A DNA stretch of 22,985 bases from Polyangiaceae bacterium (GTDB lineage Bacteria; Myxococcota_A; Polyangia; Polyangiales; Polyangiaceae). The DNA lies in assembly GCA_044222475.1 (NCBI GenBank), contig JBGANF010000126.1, positions 1 through 22,985 on the forward strand. The letters are read 5' to 3'. The notes beneath the pieces were generated by a model, which did not search any database, was not told the DNA's origin, and saw nothing but the letters and a program-made list of their open reading frames with translations. Shown here piece after piece: positions 16,814-22,985 of the stretch; the stretch's first letter is position 1, and every line of letters starts with the position of its first letter. A program made the translations under genes and the position numbers.

Positions 16814-17395
16814 TCAGCTGAAGATCACCGCTGCCGGTCCAGCGAGCGCGAGCGCGCGTTCGCGCGGGATCTCCAGCGAGGCACGAACCGCTTCGAGCAT
16901 GCGGAGCTCGGACGGGGTCACCTTGCCGTCGGTCACGGCGACCGCGAGACACGAGGCGAACGCCATCTCGCGCTCCTCCATGGTCCGGAGCTGTTCGGTG
17001 ATGTCGCGGAGGGCGGCGTTGGGTCCTTCGTCGATGCACTGCTTGATCGTGCGGTCGATGATGGCCTTGGCGTCGAGGCCGGCGAAGAGCGGCTCTTGAG
17101 CGAAGCGGAAGAGGATCGCGGCTTCGGACGCGGCGATCTCGGCGTCGGACACCATCGCCAACGTGAGCGCCTTGAGGATCGTTTCGCCGAGGTTGGCTTG
17201 GGGCGCCTTCTTTGCAGGTGCGACCTTCTTTGCCGGTGCAGCCTTCTTGGCGACGACCTTCTTCTTGGCGACGACCTTCTTCTTGGCGACGACCTTCTTC
17301 TTGGCGACGACCTTCGGCTTCTTCTTGGCGACGACCTTCGCCTTCTTCGCGACGACCTTCTTCTTCGAAACCGGCTTCTTCTTGGCTTTCTTCAC
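16814..17395 (-). CDS. TerB-like domain protein with N-terminal histone H1/HC2-like Lys-Ala-Val repeat tail
   Basis: GTG with SD GGAGGGA; about 65 aa of KVVAKK/APAKK repeats; then AMVSDAEIAASE...AVAVTDGKVTPSELRMLEAV, the paired D-x5-E motifs of TerB-like folds. Confidence 0.82.
   Translation of the reverse strand: MKKAKKKPVSKKKVVAKKAKVVAKKKPKVVAKKKVVAKKKVVAKKKVVAKKAAPAKKVAPAKKAPQANLGETILKALTLAMVSDAEIAASEAAILFRFAQEPLFAGLDAKAIIDRTIKQCIDEGPNAALRDITEQLRTMEEREMAFASCLAVAVTDGKVTPSELRMLEAVRASLEIPRERALALAGPAAVIFS
17243..17359. repeat. Coding 18-bp tandem repeat CTTCTTGGCGACGACCTT (KVVAKK on the minus strand)
   Basis: Four perfect tandem copies at 17243-17314, a fifth perfect copy at 17321-17338 and a one-mismatch copy at 17342-17359. 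Confidence 0.95.
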
Positions 17396-17477
17396 GGTCG
17401 CTCCCTCCGCGTGGTTCGTCCCAAGGTGTTACCGGTCGGCTCACCCAAAGTCACGCGGCCCGGTTAGGATGGCGAAC

Positions 17478-17735
17478 ATGGATCTCCCCGCCAAGTTCGA
17501 AGACGCCCAGAAACGGGTGAAGGGCCTGTCGAAGTCACCCTCGACCGACGACCTCCTGGAGCTCTACGCCCTGTACAAACAGGGCACCTCGGGCGACGTG
17601 AGCGGGTCCCGGCCAGGCATGCTCGACATGAAGGGCCGCGCCAAGTTCGACGCCTGGGCGAAGAAGAAGGGCCTCGGCAAGGACGACGCGATGACGAAGT
17701 ACGTCGCTCTCGTCGACCGCCTCGTCGGCGGCTGA
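17478..17735 (+). CDS. Acyl-CoA-binding protein (ACBP)
   Basis: LLELYALYKQGTSGD....RPGMLDMKGRAKFDAW...AMTKYV. TAGGAT 7 nt before ATG 17478 favours this start over 17469. Confidence 0.95.
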   Translation: MDLPAKFEDAQKRVKGLSKSPSTDDLLELYALYKQGTSGDVSGSRPGMLDMKGRAKFDAWAKKKGLGKDDAMTKYVALVDRLVGG

Positions 17736-17744
17736 CGGCGTCGC

Positions 17745-17966
17745 TCAGTCGGCACCCGCGTCGTTCGCGCACGTCGTGTTGGGACAACAACCGCACGGTG
17801 CCTTGCACGTCTCGCCGCACGGTGGCGGCGCGGCGCAGCCCACCTTCGAGCAGTCGATCCCCACGTCCGGCGCGGTGTCCGTCGCGGCGTCCTTCGCCGT
17901 GGGTGAAGTCTCCGAGCCGCACGCGGCGAGGACGAACAGGGTGATGGCGAGTAGGCGAAGGAACAT
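17745..17966 (-). CDS. Small Cys-rich lipoprotein
   Basis: MFLRLLAITLFVLAAC lipobox; eight further Cys in 28 residues; TATCCT lies 6 nt before ATG 17966. Confidence 0.75.
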   Translation of the reverse strand: MFLRLLAITLFVLAACGSETSPTAKDAATDTAPDVGIDCSKVGCAAPPPCGETCKAPCGCCPNTTCANDAGAD

Positions 17967-17972
17967 GCCCAT

Positions 17973-17982
17973 AGGATACACT
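17973..17982. promoter_or_regulatory. Overlapping divergent -10 elements (TATCCT minus strand, TACACT plus strand)
   Basis: AGGATACACT sits in the 24-bp gap between two divergent ATGs, 6 and 8 nt from them. Confidence 0.6.
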
Positions 17983-17990
17983 CGCCGCCC

Positions 17991-19550
17991 ATGAGCGAGC
18001 TCTGGGGTTGGGCCGATCTCCATACGCATCCGGCGGCGCAGCTCGGCTTCGGGGGTCAGGTGAACGGACGAGGCCTGTTCTTCGGGTCGGCGCTGGGGCC
18101 GGTCGCGCAGGCGCTCCCGTGCTGCACCGCGGCGCACTCCATCGGCGGCTCGGGGACGATCATCCCGACGATCCTCGATCACATGGGGTTCGGGGACGAC
18201 GGCTTCCCTACGTACAAGGGGTGGCCACGCTACGAGACGATCCTTCACCAGCAGATGCACGTCGACGGCATCGAGCGCGCCTGGCGCGGCGGGCTCCGTC
18301 TCATGGTGGCGGCGGCGGTGAACAACGAGCTCTTCGGTGCGCTGTACCAAGGTGGTACCGCGGACGTCGGCGACGACTCGGCGATCGACCGACAGATCGA
18401 CGAGATCCTGCGGCTCGCCGCGTCTCGGCCCGACCTCATGGAGGTCGTGCGAAACCCCGTCGATGCCCGCGCGGCGATCGAGGCCAACAAGATCGCGATC
18501 GTGCTCGCGATCGAGGTCGACAGCATCTGCGGCGGCAGGGCGCGTCGGCCCGCCGACTTCGATCCGGTCGATGCGGAGAGGCGCCTCGACCGATGGTTCG
18601 CGGCCGGGGTCCGGATGCTCAACGTCGTGCACCTGGCCGACAACGCCCTGTCGGGGTGCGCCGCGTTCGACGACCGGTTCAACCTCTCGAACCACAACCT
18701 GTACGAGCGCCATCAGCGGCCGCCGGCGGAGTTCTGGCAGATCGACTCGTCACCGTCGCTCGACGGGGTCCAGTTTCTCCTCGGACAGAACCCCGACGCG
18801 AAGATGCTCCTCGGGCTCTACCACGCGCCGTACCCCGACTACCTCGCGATTCGCACCGACGGCCATGCCAACGCGCGAGGGTTGTCCGACGGCGGCACCG
18901 CCGTCCTGAAGTCGATGATGCGCCGCGGGATGATGATCGACATCGAGCACATGTCCCAGCGCGCCGTGAACGAGACGATCGCGCTCGCGTCGACGGTCGG
19001 GTATCCGCTCGTGTCGTCCCACACCGGCCTCCGCGCGATTGCGCCGAGGCGCGCGCCGAGCGTCCCGTGGATCGAAGGCGTGGCCCACGAGGGCATGAAG
19101 ACCGACCTGCAGCTCCAGAACATGCCGCCGGGATCGGTGGTCGGGATCGTCACTCGGCTCGGCGCGGTGCAGGGGGCGGGGAACTCCAGCGCCGCGTGGG
19201 CGAGGTCGTACATGCACCTGATCGATCAGCTCGGCTTCGACGCGGTCTGCATCGGCAGCGACTTCAACGGTTTCGGACGGCAACCCGGGCCGCGGCCCGG
19301 CGGAAACGTCGCGTACGGCAGCGAGACGATGGTCGGCACGTCGGAGACGATCGAGCGGGTGAAGCTCGGTGTTCGCGACTTCGACATCAACGTCGACGGC
19401 TTGGCCCATTTTGGGATGATGCCGGACTTCGTCCTCGACGTGGCGCACCAGCACCCGAGCGACGGGCTCGCGCCCCTGTTCCGCGGAGCCGAGCGGTTCA
19501 TCCAAGCGTGGGAGCTGGCGGTCACGCTCGCTCCGTCGATCGATCCATGA
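17991..19550 (+). CDS. Peptidase M19 (membrane dipeptidase) fold amidohydrolase, sphingolipid ceramide N-deacylase-like subgroup
   Basis: WADLHTHP...GFGG, GFPTYKGWP...HQQM...RAWRGGLRLMV, AIEVD, VHLADN, NARGLS, MMIDIEHMS, VSSHTG, GSDFNG, GLAHFGMMPDF; no signal peptide. Confidence 0.8.
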   Translation: MSELWGWADLHTHPAAQLGFGGQVNGRGLFFGSALGPVAQALPCCTAAHSIGGSGTIIPTILDHMGFGDDGFPTYKGWPRYETILHQQMHVDGIERAWRGGLRLMVAAAVNNELFGALYQGGTADVGDDSAIDRQIDEILRLAASRPDLMEVVRNPVDARAAIEANKIAIVLAIEVDSICGGRARRPADFDPVDAERRLDRWFAAGVRMLNVVHLADNALSGCAAFDDRFNLSNHNLYERHQRPPAEFWQIDSSPSLDGVQFLLGQNPDAKMLLGLYHAPYPDYLAIRTDGHANARGLSDGGTAVLKSMMRRGMMIDIEHMSQRAVNETIALASTVGYPLVSSHTGLRAIAPRRAPSVPWIEGVAHEGMKTDLQLQNMPPGSVVGIVTRLGAVQGAGNSSAAWARSYMHLIDQLGFDAVCIGSDFNGFGRQPGPRPGGNVAYGSETMVGTSETIERVKLGVRDFDINVDGLAHFGMMPDFVLDVAHQHPSDGLAPLFRGAERFIQAWELAVTLAPSIDP

Positions 19551-20417
19551 GGCTCGCGGTCCTGCCTGCGATCGTCGCGCTCGCGCTGTCGGCGAACGAA
19601 GCTCGTGCCGACGATCCCGATCAGGCGCAGCTCCTCGTGTGGCCGCGCATCGCCGAGATCGGCGGTAGCGCGGGCGTCGTCGTCGACTCGGGCGCCGGCA
19701 CTGGGAAGCCGAGCCCCGGGTTCATCGGCTACGGGCGCCTCGACGGCGCCGCGTACGAGCGGCCGGGTCTCGTCGCGAACGTGATTCGCGTCGAGGTCGG
19801 TGGAACGTCGACGGACGGTGCGCGTGTGGGAGCTCGGCTCCTCTCGATCGATCACGCGATCTTCGGGACCGTCACCAAGCTCGGTCCGAACGGCGAGAAG
19901 GTGACGGCGACCTGCCTCTGGCTCCTCGGCGCAGTTCTCGCTCGGCGGACGGAGCGCGTTTCGGATCGGCGAGCTGACCGGCGTGTGGACCCCGATGCCG
20001 GCCTACGACGATCGCCACATGACGGCGCGCGTTCCGATCCGCGTCGGCGCCACGCTCGACTACCTGTGGGGTGTCCCGCGTGAGGGCGACGCGGTCGTCG
20101 GTCGTCTGGTGCTCGGCATCGACGCGATGCTCCGCTTCGCCGATCGGCACGTCGAGCTCCAAGCGAAGGTGCGCTATCGCCCGAGCTTCACGCAGTGGTT
20201 GGACGATTTCGGCGTCGAAGCCGTCGTCGGCATCGGCTGGGTGGGACCCCATCGACTGTTCCAGCCTCAGGGCGCACCCCTGCGGATCGGGATCGAGCTC
20301 GGGTACGGCCACTGGCACCGGCCGGAGCACTCGTTTGGTCTGCCGTGGAGCGACGGCGCGAGGGAGACCTTCTTCGCGCGGGCGGTGTTCACCTTCTCGT
20401 CGGTGTCGGTCCACTAG
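19547..20417 (+). pseudogene. Frameshifted gene for an exported, beta-rich (outer-membrane-like) protein
   Basis: ATGA-coupled start with signal peptide (...SANEARA|DD). Protein-like sequence runs to ...TCLWLLG (about 19930), then continues in the +1 frame (AQFSLGGRSAFRIGELTGVW...FFARAVFTFSSVSVH). Confidence 0.65.
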
Positions 20418-20418
20418 C

Positions 20419-21054
20419 GTGAGCCGGTCCGCCACCCCCTTCTTAGCGGGCTTCGCGCTCGCCATCGGGCTCTTCGTGGTCGGCGCGGTGCTGGGTCTGC
20501 CCGCTCTGCGTCTCGCGACGAAGGCCGCGCCAGTCGTGCTCCTCGCGGGCTGGGTCGCGCGCGCCGCGTCGCCCTCGCCGTTCCGCGGGCGGGTGGTGTT
20601 CGGCCTCGCGTTCTGCGCCGTGGGCGATCTGGTGCTCGAGCTCGGGCACTTCGTGCCGGGCCTCCTCGCGTTCCTCGTCGGGCACCTGGGCTACGTGGCC
20701 GCGTTCGTGGGCGAGACGCGCGAGCCACGCGCGGTGCACGGCCTCCCGTTCGCCGCGTGGGGTGCGGGGGCGATGTCGTTCCTCTGGGCCGGCCTCGGTC
20801 CGCTGGCCGTTCCCGTGTGCCTCTACACGGCCACCATCTGCGTGATGATGTGGCGCGCGACCGCGATGCTGTCGCGCGCTCGTCCCTGGGCGACGGCGAT
20901 CGCCGCGGGCGCCATCGTCTTCGCCGTCAGCGACACGCTCATCGCGGTGAACAAGTTCCACGCGCCGTTTCCGGGGGCGCGCGTCGCCATCCTGGCGCTC
21001 TATTGGGGTGGCCAGCTGCTCATCGCACGTGGGGCCGTGGCGCGGGATGGCTGA
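20419..21054 (+). CDS. Lysoplasmalogenase (YhhN/TMEM86 family) membrane protein
   Basis: TKAAPVVLL, GLAFCAVGDLVL, FVPGLLAFLVGHLGY, PVCLY...MMWRA, GAIVFAVSDTLIAVNKF, LYWGGQLLI. Confidence 0.92.
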   Translation: MSRSATPFLAGFALAIGLFVVGAVLGLPALRLATKAAPVVLLAGWVARAASPSPFRGRVVFGLAFCAVGDLVLELGHFVPGLLAFLVGHLGYVAAFVGETREPRAVHGLPFAAWGAGAMSFLWAGLGPLAVPVCLYTATICVMMWRATAMLSRARPWATAIAAGAIVFAVSDTLIAVNKFHAPFPGARVAILALYWGGQLLIARGAVARDG

Positions 21055-21153
21055 TGGGGTAAGCAGAGCCGCCGCGAGGTATCGATTCCCCGCGATCGTT
21101 CCGATCGAGCTCGCGGCTTGGCATGAAGCCGACGATCCGATAGACGATGCAAC

Positions 21154-22767
21154 GTGGGAACGAAAGGTCGCTTGGCGCTCGTCGCACTGGCGCTCGTGGG
21201 GGTGCTCGCCTACGCGGCGGGTCCAGGCCGCGCCGCGTACCGCAGCTCCCAAGCGCGCGCCGCGCTAGAGCGCGCCGCATCCGACTTCTGCGCTTGTGCC
21301 GTCGGCAAGCCGACCGGTGACGCCGAAGACACCGTCGGGCGGATCCGGGCCGCGATCCTGCTCGGGGCCGACGTCGGGCGCGGGGCCTGGCCGCAGCGCT
21401 GCAAACCGTACTACCAGGTCGCGAGTGACGCCTACGAAGACGCGGCGCGTCTGGGCATCGTCTCGCAGAAGCTCCCCGACGTCGACGCCGTCGCCCAGGA
21501 TCCAAGGGAGTTGGCCCACGCGGTGCGATCACTGAGTGCGTTCTGGCTCGACGATCCCGAGCCGACCGTGCCCCTTCCGCCTCCGCCGATGTCGAGCTTG
21601 GTCGACCTCGCGGCGCTCACACCGCTCCTCGACGCGACCCGCGGGCTCGTCGACGCGACCCGCGACCACGGATCGCTGAGCATCGTCTTCGGCTCGCACG
21701 ATGTCCCGCCGATCTCTCGATGCACCATCGACCCGTCGCTCGCGGCGACCTGCACACCGATCGACGACACGACGCGCATGCCCCTCGACACCGAGCCCGG
21801 CGCGCGGCAGCTCTACACACTTGGAGACTTGGGGAAGGGCGCCGGCGCGGTGACGATCGTCGACGAGACCGGGAAGACGATCGCCTCGACCGACCGCAAC
21901 TTCGCCTGGGGTCGTTCATTGAAGAATGGACGATGGCTCGCGCTGGAGGGTCAGTTCATCACCGAACACGACGGCAAGCAGGTGCGCCGTTCGGCGTTGT
22001 CGTACCCCTTTTCGCGGTCGAACCAGATCCTCGGCGGGTGGATGGTCTTCAAAGGCCACCCTTGGAACGCCGACGATTTCAACGCCCCCGAGCCCGTCGG
22101 TTACCCGCTGTCGGTAGTGAACCTCGCCCTGGGCCCCTCGGCCAAGCCGATCGAGCTGAGCGCGTCGGAGCCGCGCCCTCCCAACCGCTACTTGTTTCCT
22201 CGGACGTACGGCCGGTGCATCGCCGACGCGCTATTCGCCGACATGGACCCGAAGCTCGCCGTGGGGGCGCCCGATGGCACCTGGAAGCTCCATTCCTTCG
22301 ACTGGCCGAGCGTGGGCCGTTCTCTGAATTGCTCCGGCGACGCCGCGATCGTCGTCGACTGGTTTCCGCTCACCGTGCAGCGGTGCAACGCCACCCAATG
22401 CACCAACGTGCCGCTCGGCGACTATCATGGTGACCTCCAGGATGAATTTGCGGCGGACGAGCACACGCTTTACGCGCTGCGTGTCCTCGATAACGTGGCA
22501 TTTCTGACCATCGTCCCGCTGGCGCACCCCGAGCAGCGAAAGACCGTGGCGGTTGCGTCTGGCGTCCAGCGCCTGCTGCGCGGGGACACCGACGTCGCGT
22601 CGACCGTGAACGTGGTTGGTGGCGCGGCCGTACTCCTCTTCAAGGGCCTGGGCGAACGAGGCGAATTCGCATGGAACCAGCCAGCTCGACTCTACGGCGT
22701 AGCGGTCAAGCCCGACGGCACCGTCGCCTCCGCGTTGTCGAAGCGCGGAGCGAACGCGAGCCCCTGA
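21154..22767 (+). CDS. Hypothetical exported or N-terminally anchored protein, Cys-containing, beta-rich C-terminal part
   Basis: 537-aa ORF with hydrophobic N-terminus (LALVALALVGVLAYAA) and coding-like codon use; no family recognised. Confidence 0.7.
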   Translation: MGTKGRLALVALALVGVLAYAAGPGRAAYRSSQARAALERAASDFCACAVGKPTGDAEDTVGRIRAAILLGADVGRGAWPQRCKPYYQVASDAYEDAARLGIVSQKLPDVDAVAQDPRELAHAVRSLSAFWLDDPEPTVPLPPPPMSSLVDLAALTPLLDATRGLVDATRDHGSLSIVFGSHDVPPISRCTIDPSLAATCTPIDDTTRMPLDTEPGARQLYTLGDLGKGAGAVTIVDETGKTIASTDRNFAWGRSLKNGRWLALEGQFITEHDGKQVRRSALSYPFSRSNQILGGWMVFKGHPWNADDFNAPEPVGYPLSVVNLALGPSAKPIELSASEPRPPNRYLFPRTYGRCIADALFADMDPKLAVGAPDGTWKLHSFDWPSVGRSLNCSGDAAIVVDWFPLTVQRCNATQCTNVPLGDYHGDLQDEFAADEHTLYALRVLDNVAFLTIVPLAHPEQRKTVAVASGVQRLLRGDTDVASTVNVVGGAAVLLFKGLGERGEFAWNQPARLYGVAVKPDGTVASALSKRGANASP

Positions 22768-22858
22768 GCGGCGACGCCGGCGTACGAGGGTCGCCCATGT
22801 CCGGCGATGTCCTGAGCCGGATCGGGGTGCTCGCGCTACATTGGAGGCGAGGGAATCG

Positions 22859-22985
22859 ATGAAATTCTTGCGGGTTTTCTTGCCTTTGGTGCTCCTCGGT
22901 GGCTGCTCGGCAAACGATCCGAACGTCGATCCGGGGCCGCCCGCCCCGATCTGCAAGGCGCCCACCGCGACCGATCGCGCCTACT
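22859..22985 (+). CDS. Lipoprotein, 3'-truncated by the window edge
   Basis: GAGGGA before the ATG; MKFLRVFLPLVLLGGCSANDPNVDPGPPAPICKAPTATDRAY..., lipobox LGGC; TACATT at 22837-22842. Confidence 0.7.
   Translation, partial: MKFLRVFLPLVLLGGCSANDPNVDPGPPAPICKAPTATDRAY

Noticed and set aside
17243..17359. Repeat array as a possible CRISPR
   Set aside because: Units are directly tandem, 18 bp, in frame, with no unique spacers and no cas genes.
14598..17444. 948-aa ORF suggesting an N-terminal EEGRRQ-repeat extension on the spermidine-synthase-like protein
   Set aside because: The extension is an off-frame reading of the Lys-rich TerB gene; family similarity begins at MPILF (16784).
17163..17477. 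FFLATT-repeat extension on ACBP
   Set aside because: It is the antisense reading of the KVVAKK repeat; ACBP has its own -10 and ATG.
21047..21268. Short ORF MADGVSRAAARY... overlapping the YhhN stop
   Set aside because: It overlaps the next gene out of frame and has no recognisable features.
22768..22858. Possible terminator or sRNA in the last intergenic gap
   Set aside because: Only short imperfect GC stems and no U-tract; the region is adequately explained as a promoter and RBS.
130..22965. Many long alternative-frame and antisense ORFs (e.g. 130-1788, 4487-6238, 10240-11688, 15136-16674, 22231-22965)
   Set aside because: Arg/Ala/Gly-rich shadow ORFs expected in high-GC coding DNA; they overlap better-supported genes and have no motifs.
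1..22985. Mobile element, prophage or defence island
   Set aside because: No integrase, transposase, phage or recognisable defence genes, no terminal repeats and no obvious compositional break; a single TerB-like gene is not a ter operon.

Overview
GC-rich, gene-dense bacterial chromosome segment. Lipoproteins with DGG/DAA/DAG linkers, an FCDDFD-type secreted protein and a TPR-like/cNMP protein suggest Myxococcota, probably Polyangiaceae (inference, no marker gene). I see about 26 protein-coding genes, two cut by the window edges, and no rRNA, tRNA, CRISPR array or mobile element. Content: a lectin-repeat/DUF4832 glycoside-hydrolase-like protein, HPF/RaiA-like protein, tandem cNMP-domain protein, PI-PLC lipoprotein, thioredoxin, three ECF sigma factors with fused C-terminal regulatory domains (one ZAS zinc finger, two SnoaL/SigG-type), two VOC proteins, an ABC operon, a SnoaL ester cyclase, a membrane spermidine-synthase-like protein, a Lys-rich/TerB fusion, ACBP, an M19/SCDase-like amidohydrolase, a frameshifted exported-protein gene and a YhhN lysoplasmalogenase. 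Main observations: (1) many genes look leaderless (TANNNT 6-8 nt before the start codon), including an overlapping bidirectional pair; (2) two back-to-back sigma/target cassettes, one with a near-perfect SigG-type promoter and one pairing a sigma-ZAS fusion with thioredoxin; (3) a possible membrane-lipid salvage cluster. All calls come from motif recognition by eye; no searches were run.
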